64,000 nt of DNA from Candidatus Thorarchaeota archaeon (lineage in GTDB: Archaea > Asgardarchaeota > Thorarchaeia > Thorarchaeales > Thorarchaeaceae): assembly GCA_048884785.1 (NCBI GenBank), contig JBHLQM010000006.1, positions 16,038 through 80,037 of the forward strand. Direction: 5' to 3'. Within the stretch, counting starts at the first letter, position 1. Each line of letters opens with the position of its first letter. Made by a program: the position numbers and the translations under genes. The notes beneath the pieces were generated by a model. The model was not told the origin of the DNA. It ran no database searches and saw nothing but the letters and a program-made list of their open reading frames with translations. Below, one piece after another: positions 40,125-49,111 of the stretch.

Positions 40125-41600
40125 ATGGTTTCAGCATTCAAATTCAAAGGTGTATATCCTGCCCTAGTAACTCCATTTAATGAAGAAGGCGTTGACGAGA
40201 AGAAGTATCGCGGATTGATAGATTATGTGATTAAATCAGGTGCAACCGGTGTTGTCCCTTGTGGAACAACAGGTGAATTCACCAGCATGCGTTTTGAAGA
40301 GAAAGTCGAAGCAATTAGAATCGCATGTGAAGCTGCTAAAGGACGCGTTCCAGTGCTTGCTGGAACTGGCGCAGCATACACCGGAGATGTCATTAATCTA
40401 ACTAGAAAAGCCGCTGAGTTTGGAGCTGTCGCCGCCCTTGTTGTGACACCTTATTTCCAAAAGCCATCAAACAAGGAGATTTTCGAGCATTTTGCGAAGG
40501 TTGCCAATGCCAGTGATATACCGATTTTCGCATATAATATCCCGCAAGTTACAGGTGTTCCTTTGCATTGGACTGTGGTAGATGGATTATCAGAGATTGA
40601 GGGACTGATCGGACTTAAGGATTCAAGTGGCGATTTAATCAATCTGACGACAATCCTGGTTCGCAGACCCGAAACATTCCAAGTCGTTATAGGCCATGAT
40701 GAAGTGGCTTTGCCAGCACTTGCTTCTGGATGTGATGGGGCAATCCTGGCAAGTGCAAATATCTTTCCTGATAGGTATATCAAGATGCAAGCAGCCCTTG
40801 CGAGTGGAGATCTAAAGCAAGCATTGATAATCCAGAGAAGTATCCAAAAAACTGTACGTACTATTGTTAACAGGGGCGGAGGAATGGCTGTTAAGGCTGC
40901 CCTTAACATGATGGGTATACCAGTGGGAAAGGCGCGGCCTCCCCTTCTTGAAGGAGATTCTCTCTCTTACGAGGATATTGATGAGCTTCGGACATGTCTT
41001 GAAGATTTGCAGCTAATTCCGAGAGGCTCAGTCACATTCAAGATGGGTGAACAATCTATTGTTGCTAGATCATATCCAAAAGCTGTTGGTTTGGTACCTG
41101 ATGTCGTAGAAGACTTGACATTATTGCACGGAGAATCTCTTTGTGGAGCCGGACAAGAAGTAGCTCATATAGACCTGGTTATGGGACTTAGGGAAGGACC
41201 TTTGAAGGTTTCACTGGAGAATGCAGGTATAATCCGTCAGGGCTACCATACTGCAGATGAGGTAAAGGACCTTAAACCCCAAACTATCTTTTCACCTACT
41301 GTTACAATTACGCATGATGGGCACAAAAAGATGGTCTATGAAGTAGCTCAAAAAGCAGTCATTGATGCTGTAACACGGAGTATTACGGACGGAGTGATTC
41401 CTGACGAGCTGATTGATGACATAATTATTGCTGTAAATGTTTTTGTGCATCCTGATGCTGTAAACGCTCGTAGAGTGCACATCAACAATTTTAGAGCAGT
41501 ACGCCATGCGTTACGCCGAGCGATTGAGGGAAGACAATCCATTCAAGAGATTAAGTCATGCAAGGAATCTGCAAGGCATCCATTTGCATATAGTCCCTAG
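40125..41600 (+). CDS. DapA-family aldolase fused to a Fae domain
   Basis: GTTGE, YNIP and LKDSSG; C-terminal GESLCGAGQEVAHIDLVMG...AQKAV..AV...DGVIP...VFVHPDA...NFRA...AL.RA...HPF = Fae signature. Confidence 0.88.
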   Translation: MVSAFKFKGVYPALVTPFNEEGVDEKKYRGLIDYVIKSGATGVVPCGTTGEFTSMRFEEKVEAIRIACEAAKGRVPVLAGTGAAYTGDVINLTRKAAEFGAVAALVVTPYFQKPSNKEIFEHFAKVANASDIPIFAYNIPQVTGVPLHWTVVDGLSEIEGLIGLKDSSGDLINLTTILVRRPETFQVVIGHDEVALPALASGCDGAILASANIFPDRYIKMQAALASGDLKQALIIQRSIQKTVRTIVNRGGGMAVKAALNMMGIPVGKARPPLLEGDSLSYEDIDELRTCLEDLQLIPRGSVTFKMGEQSIVARSYPKAVGLVPDVVEDLTLLHGESLCGAGQEVAHIDLVMGLREGPLKVSLENAGIIRQGYHTADEVKDLKPQTIFSPTVTITHDGHKKMVYEVAQKAVIDAVTRSITDGVIPDELIDDIIIAVNVFVHPDAVNARRVHINNFRAVRHALRRAIEGRQSIQEIKSCKESARHPFAYSP

Positions 41601-41631
41601 CTGAAACTCTGGTATTGAACCCGCATCTCCG

Positions 41632-41668
41632 TAAAACTGCTTTGGCCGTTTGTTAAGCCAATGAGTTT
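41632..41668 (+). terminator. Hairpin downstream of the aldolase-Fae operon
   Basis: AAAACT..TTGGC-loop-GCCAA..AGTTTT. Confidence 0.35.
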
Positions 41669-41800
41669 TGCTGCTGTGCATCATATCATGCATTCCGTAA
41701 TAATGTAGCACACGTAATTGTGTTGCTCACAGAAAGCCTTTCTAGTTCATTCTAGGGCATTCTGGAGATGTATACTCTGGACTAGTTCTATATATACTCA

Positions 41801-42101
41801 AGTGACAGAACATTATACAAGTCTAGCATCCCATTCAGGTTGCCGCACACCACCGCATCCGTTGGAGATCGAAACATTGGCTGAGACGTGTGAGATTCCC
41901 CTTAAGTCGTTGCCTTCGCGTAGTCTTAGGAAGCAGGTTAGGAGCTTTCTTAGAGGCGAGGATGTATCAGTTAGAGATTCGTCCGGACAACTCTTTACTG
42001 TTGATCTGAAGAGGAATACACTTTTTCTGGTACCTGAAGAAGTTCTGAAGTCCCACAATTTTGACGGGGAACGTGGGCATATTTCCTATTATTCGGCTTA
42101 G
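41801..42101 (+). CDS. Small hypothetical protein (start uncertain)
   Basis: 3' part of ORF 41718-42101; TATA-like TCTATATATA just upstream. Confidence 0.35.
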
Positions 42102-42252
42102 GAGAATTCAGGTCTCAGCCTCCCTTCTTATTTTGCATATTTCCGCGTCTTTGATGATCGATGTCTATGCCATCCTGCACTAGAACAACACATATCAAAT
42201 CAGGTTAAATTGGATTCCATCTCATCCTCTAGTACTTGGAGATGGTGTCTAC

Positions 42253-43248
42253 TTGGATAAGCGATTCCTTGTCAAACAAGCAATCCGTCTGATTGGACTC
42301 ATTATCTTCATAGTAATCATTGCCAATACGGATTTTAGCCATGTGGACCTCATTCTGACCTCTTCTGAACAGATCATGCTCATTCTAGCTTTTTTTCTTA
42401 CCATTCCAATTATGGTACTCAAGGGTCTCCGATGGTTTGTTATATCAAAGAATCTTGGCATTCGAATAACACCTGCAGAGGCAACCACAGGTTTATGCAT
42501 TGCTCAGATGACGAGCTTCACACTTCCTGGTTCATTGGGTGATCTGATTCGTATCCCATTTCTAAAATGCCGAGGAAACCCAACTGATAGGTCGATTCTG
42601 AGTATCTTTCTTGATGCAGTAGCGGCTTCAGTCATCCCCTACTCTGTTGCCGCAATATCGATACTAGTCCTTTTTGATGTTGATTCGTCCATCCTTGTTT
42701 TTCTCTTGTCATCTACTCTTTTTGTTAGCGCCGCTGTGTATGTGGCATATAAGGTTGTACGGGTTACGATTTGGCCTTGGCTATCACGTGCTAGGATTAG
42801 GCGAATTAAATCCACTGGCATTCAGGGTAGGTTCTTTGTTAGTCTCCGCGAAGCTCTAGGTTTGATTCATGTCAGATCTATTGCACTCAGCATCTTTCTT
42901 GCAGCAGGAGCTTGGTATGTCTATACATTGCAGGGTTGGGTTCTCTCATACGCACTCGGTATGTCAGTTGATTGGTTCATCATAGCTATGGCATTAACAC
43001 TTGCTTCTATGTTCTCCACAATTCCAATTTCCATTCAAGGAATTGGTGTTCGAGAAGGTATTTTGTTGCTTGTTCTTGGCTTCTTTGGTCTTGATACTGG
43101 ACGTATTGTAGTTTTTTCAATCGTTCTGACTCTCATTTCGCTAACACCATCCCTCTGGGGTCTCATTAGCTGGCTTCGCGATCCATTTGTTGAAATTAAG
43201 TCTGAAGCGGTTGAGGAATCTATCACAAAGCCTCTTGAATATCACTGA
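42253..43248 (+). CDS. Lysylphosphatidylglycerol-synthase-TM / flippase-like membrane protein (UPF0104)
   Basis: LRW, LPGSLGDLIR and IPISIQGIGVREG motifs. Confidence 0.85.
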   Translation: MDKRFLVKQAIRLIGLIIFIVIIANTDFSHVDLILTSSEQIMLILAFFLTIPIMVLKGLRWFVISKNLGIRITPAEATTGLCIAQMTSFTLPGSLGDLIRIPFLKCRGNPTDRSILSIFLDAVAASVIPYSVAAISILVLFDVDSSILVFLLSSTLFVSAAVYVAYKVVRVTIWPWLSRARIRRIKSTGIQGRFFVSLREALGLIHVRSIALSIFLAAGAWYVYTLQGWVLSYALGMSVDWFIIAMALTLASMFSTIPISIQGIGVREGILLLVLGFFGLDTGRIVVFSIVLTLISLTPSLWGLISWLRDPFVEIKSEAVEESITKPLEYH

Positions 43249-43286
43249 GAATCAAGAAATTTAAACATTGGAAAAGGAATTGGAAA

Positions 43287-43357
43287 GGCAAGTCTCAGCT
43301 GCTCACCGGTTCTTCATCGCATCAGCTCCGACAGGGGTAATTGCTTCATCGACCGCC
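43287..43357 (-). ncRNA. Box C/D guide sRNA, copy 1
   Basis: Minus strand: GGCGGT-CGATGA(C)-AGCAATTACCCCTGTCGGAG-CTGA(D')-TG-CGATGA(C')-AGAACCGGTGAGCAG-CTGA(D)-GACTTGCC, with terminal stem. Confidence 0.8.
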
Positions 43358-43409
43358 GAATTAATTGAGATACATCTTCTTATCAGTCTGGTGGCATGAT
43401 ATAAAAAGT

Positions 43410-43481
43410 GGCGAGTCTCAGCCTGCTCTTGGATCTTCATCGCATTTCGCTCTGACAGGGGTAATTGCTTCATCGACCGCC
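43410..43481 (-). ncRNA. Box C/D guide sRNA, copy 2 (paralog)
   Basis: Same scaffold; D' degenerate (CGAA); D guide AGATCCAAGAGCAGG; followed by TTTTT. Confidence 0.75.
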
Positions 43482-43545
43482 AAGTAAAGTATGGGATATC
43501 CTCTTATCAGTCTGTGGAATGATAATAATTCAACAGGGATGAACC

Positions 43546-44682
43546 ATGCCAGATGAACATAGATTGCTAAAATTCGCCCAGAATCTCATATCAACGAATT
43601 CAGAAAGCCCTCCTGGAAGAGAGAGAGATGTTGCTAATATTATTCGCGATCACTTGGAGTCTCATGGTTTATCCTGCATATCCATCGGTCCCACTGAACG
43701 GCCAAATCTAATTTTCTCAACAATTGATGGTGAGAAAGGTCCGCTACTTCTGCATGGTCATATGGACACTGTGCCAGTAGGTGATATTGAGAAATGGAAC
43801 CATGATCCATTCTCGGCAGAAATCCATAATGGGCTCTTATATGGTCGAGGGGCATGTGATATGAAGGGACCAGTCGCAGCATTGGCTGAAACAATGATTA
43901 TGTATTCCGAATCTGGCAATAAGACACCTCTAATGTTGTTGTGCACCTCAGATGAGGAGAGCGGCTGTTCAGGGGCTGAACACGTTGCAGCAAGTGGATA
44001 TCTCAAGGGAGTACGGTATGGAGTTTGTGCTGAACCAACAAATCTTGGTGTGCTGGTTGGAGAGAAGGGGATGCTGTGGACCAAGATCCGTGCTCGTGGA
44101 AAATCTGCTCATGGCTCAAGACCTAGTGAAGGCCTTAATGCAATCAATCTCTGTGCAAAAGCAATCGACGTGCTATCAGAAATGGACTATCCCTACGAAC
44201 CTGATGCGTTAATGGGAGAGATGACATTCAATGTCGGGTTGATCGAAGGTGGAATTAAGATTAATGTGGTCCCTGATTATTGCGAGGCGCAGCTGGATAT
44301 GAGAACTGTAAAAGGTCAAGATATTCAGCAAGTTTTGGAGGAAATGAAAAACCGATTGCACAACCATGGGCTTGCAGAAAAAGTGGAGATTGAATATATC
44401 CACGGAAAGGAGGCTGTTCTGACTGATAGGGATGAAGAAATCGTGAGAGTTGCATTAGATGTAATCGAAACGGTAATTGGTAGGCGCCCTATTCCGAGTG
44501 CGGCTACCTATGGTACCGATTGCTCAGTTCTTCAGCCAAAGATTGGGATAATAAACGTGATTTGTGGACCTGGGTCTATTGAACAAGCTCATCAGCCAAA
44601 CGAGTTTATTCGAATTGACCAGTTATTGCAATCTGTCGATGTCTATCTTTCTATAGCTGAACATTTCAAATCTGAGCCATAA
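43546..44682 (+). CDS. M20 family metallopeptidase (ArgE/DapE-like)
   Basis: GHMDTVP, GRGACDMKG, DEE, AEPT, GKSAHGS and AHQPNE motifs. Confidence 0.92.
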   Translation: MPDEHRLLKFAQNLISTNSESPPGRERDVANIIRDHLESHGLSCISIGPTERPNLIFSTIDGEKGPLLLHGHMDTVPVGDIEKWNHDPFSAEIHNGLLYGRGACDMKGPVAALAETMIMYSESGNKTPLMLLCTSDEESGCSGAEHVAASGYLKGVRYGVCAEPTNLGVLVGEKGMLWTKIRARGKSAHGSRPSEGLNAINLCAKAIDVLSEMDYPYEPDALMGEMTFNVGLIEGGIKINVVPDYCEAQLDMRTVKGQDIQQVLEEMKNRLHNHGLAEKVEIEYIHGKEAVLTDRDEEIVRVALDVIETVIGRRPIPSAATYGTDCSVLQPKIGIINVICGPGSIEQAHQPNEFIRIDQLLQSVDVYLSIAEHFKSEP

Positions 44683-44780
44683 ACAAGGAGAATTCAAAGG
44701 AGAGAAAGTTTAAAGTTCACACAGTTTTGTTCATGTTTGCTATATCCTATTCTCCTCTTCGTTGTCAGGTTGTGTGATTT

Positions 44781-45200
44781 ATGCCTTTAAGAAGATCCAA
44801 AGAAAAACCCATCATTAAGAGAATTAACAAGATGCGAAATTTGATTGAAAAGGATAAGAAGTTTGAAGTCAAGGAAACACTCACTCGGCAGGATATTATA
44901 TCAGATCTCTTTGAGAGGAAAATGCGAAGCATAGGTATAGAGCCATCAAAAGATTCCGGATACATACCAACTTCTCAGACCCCACTTGCAAGATATCTCA
45001 GACGCTTTGATATTGAAGATGATATCATTGATGCAATCCTTGCCGGACTTGCTGAAGTAGAAACTGAAAACTCTGTTCGAGAGATCATTGAAGCTGCTGC
45101 AGATACTCCAGACCTTGAGCTGGAAGGTGATGAGCTGAAAGAAGCACAAGAGCTCGCGGTTGAAGAATGGAAAAAGATGAGAAGGATTGCCAATCCATAA
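44781..45200 (+). CDS. Hypothetical protein (basic N-terminus, acidic C-terminus)
   Basis: Clean ORF, co-oriented with alaX. Confidence 0.6.
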   Translation: MPLRRSKEKPIIKRINKMRNLIEKDKKFEVKETLTRQDIISDLFERKMRSIGIEPSKDSGYIPTSQTPLARYLRRFDIEDDIIDAILAGLAEVETENSVREIIEAAADTPDLELEGDELKEAQELAVEEWKKMRRIANP

Positions 45201-45212
45201 CGGTGAAACTAG

Positions 45213-45938
45213 TTGACCGACCTACTATACATGCAGGACAACTACATACAGGAATTTGATGCCAAGATTATTGAAATGACTGATGAATCCCTCATTCTAA
45301 ATCAGACCGCATTTTATCCAGAAGGTGGGGGGCAGATAGGTGATATAGGACAAATAGAAAGAAACTCAAAAATCCTGACTATTACTGGAACCGCAAAAAG
45401 AGAAGGAAAGGTCCATCATTTCTTCGAGGGCAATTCGCCTTTTTCAGTAGGAGATGTGATTCACGGGAAACTTGACTGGAAACAGAGATATGAATGCATG
45501 AGATTCCACACTGCTCAGCATGTTTTGTCTAGATATCTTCAGCTAAACTATAATGCGGAAACTGTAGGGAATCACATAGGTTATGGAGAAAGCAGGGCTG
45601 ACTACTCCCCTTTGGACGCCTTTGATGATGAAATGAAGAATGATGTGCAAAACGGAGTCAATGAAATTTTAAAGAGGAATTTGGAGGTGCGGCTCGAATT
45701 TATGCCTCGAGAAGAGGCTATTTCTTTTTTGAATAGTAAAGGATACCAAGTACGATACCTTGAGATGGTTCCAGAATCCGTGAAAATATTCAGAATTATC
45801 AGTGTAGATGACTATGATGCTGCCTCCTGTGCTGGAACCCATGTCAGAAACACCAGTGAGATTGGGGAGATTCGTTTGGGGAAAACCAAGAATGTGGGCT
45901 CAGGGAAACGTCGTCTATACTTCTCTTTGTCAATTTAG
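45213..45938 (+). CDS. alaX: Alanyl-tRNA editing protein AlaX-M
   Basis: TAFYPEGGGQ..D.G, HTAQH and CAGTHV motifs. Confidence 0.92.
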   Translation: MTDLLYMQDNYIQEFDAKIIEMTDESLILNQTAFYPEGGGQIGDIGQIERNSKILTITGTAKREGKVHHFFEGNSPFSVGDVIHGKLDWKQRYECMRFHTAQHVLSRYLQLNYNAETVGNHIGYGESRADYSPLDAFDDEMKNDVQNGVNEILKRNLEVRLEFMPREEAISFLNSKGYQVRYLEMVPESVKIFRIISVDDYDAASCAGTHVRNTSEIGEIRLGKTKNVGSGKRRLYFSLSI

Positions 45939-45991
45939 CATTCCAACATCTTTATCTCATATCATGCAGTTTCAAAAAAAGTGTGAGTTAG

Positions 45992-47290
45992 ATGAAGGCG
46001 CTAATTCTTACGGCTGGCTCTGGAAACAGATTGCGTCCGTTGACATCAAATAGATCAAAATCCATGTTAATGATTGCAGGGCGCCCTGTACTCGATTATA
46101 TCCTTGGTAGTCTGAAGGAGAATGGGATTAAAGACGTTGTTGTAGTCGTTGGTCATGGACGAGAAGAGCTAATTAACCATTTTCAGCATGGTGGTGAACT
46201 GGGACTTCAAATTCGCTACGTGGTTCAACATGAACAAAAGGGAGTCGAGCACGCAATTCTCACAGCAAAGGAAGAACTCGATGCAGATGAAGAATTCCTA
46301 CTTGTCAATGGAGATGTATTAGTTGAGTCGGATATGGTGACAAGAACTCTCTATAACCATCAAAGTATGTCTGCAGACGCCACAATGCTCGTAACTCTGG
46401 TTTCAAACCCAGAGCAATTTGGTACAGTAAAAATTGGGAAGAATGGTGCAGTTGAGCGCCTTGTGGAAAAAGGGGGACCTAGCAGATATGTCAGCAACTA
46501 TGCAGTTGCAGGGGTTTCAGCATTTTCAACAAGGCTTCTAGATCTGCTAGAAAAATATGGAACCATGGAACAGACTATTGAAAAAATGATTGAAGAAAAA
46601 ATGACAGTCACCGCAGTAGTCTGGGAAAAGGAGTGGGCAGAGTTCACGTGGCCCTGGGATATACTAAAGGCAAATCGACTGGTCGTGGATAATCTTCTGA
46701 AAGGAAAAGGTAGTTTCATTGCAGAATCTGCTGACGTACATAATAGTGCTGTACTTGAAGGTCCGGTATACATAGGAAAAGATGTAGTAGTTCGTCCTGG
46801 TGCAACTCTTAGGGGTCCGGTGTATATCGGAAACAATGTCTATGTGGGAAATAATGCTCTTATTCGTGACTATGCGAGTCTATGCGATGGTGTTCATATT
46901 GGATATGCAGTTGAAGTTAGGAATAGCATGATTTTTGACAAAGTGAATGTTGGCCGGATGACGTATATTGCAGATTCGATTGTCGGTGCCAATAGCTGCA
47001 TCGAAGCCGGAGCTCAAATGTGGAATTGGCGTCCGGGCAAGAAACCTCTTTTCATAGATGACGATGGGGAAAAAGTCCAAATTCCCTTCAGAAAATTTGG
47101 AGCGATGATCGGAGACAACGTTGTGCTGGGAGTGAATTCATCGATATATCCTGCGCGCAGGATTGGAGAAGGTAGTTCAATTGCACCCGGTTGTGTTATC
47201 GACCAAGATATTCCTCCATATAGCGAAGTTTCAGTGAAGCAGGTACTTGAAATCAGACCTATATCTGAGGAAACAGACCAATGTGAATGA
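45992..47290 (+). CDS. Bifunctional sugar-1-phosphate nucleotidylyltransferase/acetyltransferase (GlmU-like)
   Basis: ILTAGSGNRLRPLT...K, NGD, hexapeptide repeats and KFGAMIGD. Confidence 0.88.
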   Translation: MKALILTAGSGNRLRPLTSNRSKSMLMIAGRPVLDYILGSLKENGIKDVVVVVGHGREELINHFQHGGELGLQIRYVVQHEQKGVEHAILTAKEELDADEEFLLVNGDVLVESDMVTRTLYNHQSMSADATMLVTLVSNPEQFGTVKIGKNGAVERLVEKGGPSRYVSNYAVAGVSAFSTRLLDLLEKYGTMEQTIEKMIEEKMTVTAVVWEKEWAEFTWPWDILKANRLVVDNLLKGKGSFIAESADVHNSAVLEGPVYIGKDVVVRPGATLRGPVYIGNNVYVGNNALIRDYASLCDGVHIGYAVEVRNSMIFDKVNVGRMTYIADSIVGANSCIEAGAQMWNWRPGKKPLFIDDDGEKVQIPFRKFGAMIGDNVVLGVNSSIYPARRIGEGSSIAPGCVIDQDIPPYSEVSVKQVLEIRPISEETDQCE

Positions 47291-47296
47291 GGGCTG

Positions 47297-47962
47297 CTAT
47301 GCCATTTCAATTGATCCAACGATTGATTCGTTCACTAGTATTTGCATCACGTTGCCGCGGATGACAAATTTGATGTCATCCACATCTTCATGTCTGTCAA
47401 TTTCAAGAATCTCACCATTTATAATCACTAGAATTGAATCATCTGTCTTCATTATGCTGAAATCATGAACGTCCCCTACTCTTACAGCTTCTTCAGGAAT
47501 AAGCTCCAATTCTCCCATTAGCTTGTCCAAGTTATGCTTTTCATGAAAAGACAACCGATTTCGAATGGAATCATATCCGAGATACCTGTCAGTTCCCTTC
47601 TTGAGAAAATGGTCTGTATATTTTCCGCATAAAGCTCGCTCAAGAGCCAAATATGTTCCAAGCCCTCGGGCAATAACATCCATATCAGTGTCTTCTTCTC
47701 CATGCCGTTTTGTGCCCATGACGACGTGGCTTAACTCGTGTGACAGAAGGCCAATTAGAGCCGGTTCGGGCCAGCCTCGGACTGAATTGCTGCATTTTAT
47801 TAAAATTGGTTCTGAATCGGAAATGGCGACCATTGCAAAAGACTTCGTTTTGGCCCAAACTACGGACACTCTTTTTTGTTGCAGTTCCTGATAAGCGTGT
47901 CTTATCAGAACATCTTTGTATTCAGAGAGGGATTTCTGCCGCTGAAGTCTTGCCTTAATCAT
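47297..47962 (-). CDS. Hypothetical protein with zincin HExxH motif
   Basis: GLLSHELSHV...EEDTD....RG. Confidence 0.6.
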   Translation of the reverse strand: MIKARLQRQKSLSEYKDVLIRHAYQELQQKRVSVVWAKTKSFAMVAISDSEPILIKCSNSVRGWPEPALIGLLSHELSHVVMGTKRHGEEDTDMDVIARGLGTYLALERALCGKYTDHFLKKGTDRYLGYDSIRNRLSFHEKHNLDKLMGELELIPEEAVRVGDVHDFSIMKTDDSILVIINGEILEIDRHEDVDDIKFVIRGNVMQILVNESIVGSIEMA

Positions 47963-48076
47963 TTATCTCCTCTCAGTTAGGTTGGTGGATGTTTACTAAC
48001 GTATGCGCATCTTTAAAAGCCAAACCCTCGACCTTCGCGATAACCCGCGGAACAAGATTCTAGGAGAGTAATTACT

Positions 48077-48970
48077 ATTAGCCGCAAGAAATGGGGAAAA
48101 TCAGCTACCAAAACAGAGAAACTAATTCGAGATGCTGCTCCGAAGAAAGAAACACTCAACGAGATTGATCAGTATTTAGCAAAAGCAAAGTCTGTTACAC
48201 CATACGATATCGCAAATAGGTTTAGCGTCAGAATGAGTGTAGCTAGGCGAATACTGCGCGAAAAAGAATCTGAAGGAGTTGTTGTCCCCTACATTAAGGA
48301 GAGTGGTTTTGTGGTCTACTCAACTCCTGCCGAGATGGCAAAACGTGAAGGTGGAGCTCCTATAATGGCTGCTGATGTGTTTGAAGAGATTGCTGCTTCT
48401 GTTCCAAAGGAATCAATTATTGATGAAGAAATGGAAGCGGCATTAGCCGCTGCATCTGCTGCCGGAACAGCTATTAAGCCGAGCAAATTGGCATATAAGC
48501 GACGAGAACTGGGTGAAAGAAAGGAACGGAAGGATAAATTGCCTGAGGTTGTAGTCGAACCTCTTCCCGTAGAATCAACTCCAAAATCTCCATTGCCTGA
48601 GAGAACTGAGGAAGAGATACCGAGAAAGGAAGAAAAGCCCAAGAAAACCACGAAGAAGGTCACTGAAGAGAAGCCAAAGAAGACCACCAAGAAGGCTGTT
48701 GAAGAGAAACCTAAGAAGTCAACAAAGAAAGCTGAGGAAGAGACGCCAAAGAAGACCATCAAGAAGGCTGTTGAAGAGAAACCTAAGAAGTCAACAAAGA
48801 AGGCTGCTGAGGAAGAGAAGCCAAAGAAGTCAACAAAGAAGGCTGCTGAAGAGAAACCTAAGAAGTCAACAAAGAAGGCTGCTGAAGAGAAACCTAAGAA
48901 GACCACCAAGAAGGCTGCTGAAGAAACGCCCAAAAAAGAAACTAAGAAGACAACGAAGGGAGAAAAATAG
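48077..48970 (+). CDS. rps25e: 30S ribosomal protein eS25 with long K/E-rich C-terminal extension (ATT start inferred)
   Basis: In frame upstream of the track ORF: (M)SRKKWGK...VTPYDIANRFSVRMSVARRILREKESEGVV...VYS = eS25 winged helix. Confidence 0.85.
   Translation: MSRKKWGKSATKTEKLIRDAAPKKETLNEIDQYLAKAKSVTPYDIANRFSVRMSVARRILREKESEGVVVPYIKESGFVVYSTPAEMAKREGGAPIMAADVFEEIAASVPKESIIDEEMEAALAAASAAGTAIKPSKLAYKRRELGERKERKDKLPEVVVEPLPVESTPKSPLPERTEEEIPRKEEKPKKTTKKVTEEKPKKTTKKAVEEKPKKSTKKAEEETPKKTIKKAVEEKPKKSTKKAAEEEKPKKSTKKAAEEKPKKSTKKAAEEKPKKTTKKAAEETPKKETKKTTKGEK
48630..48960 (+). repeat. Coding tandem repeat, about 36-nt unit (EEKPKK[S/T]TKKAA), about 9 copies
   Basis: GAAGAGAAACCTAAGAAGTCAACAAAGAAGGCTGCT-like units. 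Confidence 0.9.
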
Positions 48971-48982
48971 TTTCGAAGTTCT

Positions 48983-49029
48983 CCGTGGTAGTGTCTATAA
49001 TAGGCATACCACGGTGGTTTCTGTTTTTT
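48983..49029 (+). terminator. Terminator after eS25
   Basis: CCGTGGT..TGTCTA-taa-TAGGCA.ACCACGG hairpin then TTTCTGTTTTTT. Confidence 0.65.
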
Positions 49030-49111
49030 ATGAAAAAGAAGAATCTAAGATAAAATGATGAAGAAAGGTGCAGCGGCAAAAACCGCACAACAACCTTTCT
49101 AAATCGTATCT

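Noticed and set aside
38712-41600. Annotation as lysine-biosynthesis dapA
   Set aside because: Both lack the DHDPS Arg after YNxP, carry Fae domains and have no dapB/asd/lysC neighbours
41605-41630. GCGGGTTCAATACC on the minus strand resembles a tRNA T-arm
   Set aside because: No acceptor, D or anticodon stems can be built around it
43287-43522. Direct repeats as a mini-CRISPR array
   Set aside because: Only two ~123-bp units with no repeat-spacer periodicity and no cas genes; fully explained by C/D boxes
48316-48933. 205-aa minus-strand hydrophobic ORF (FFVDFLGFSSAA repeats)
   Set aside because: Antisense shadow of the Lys/Glu repeat in eS25
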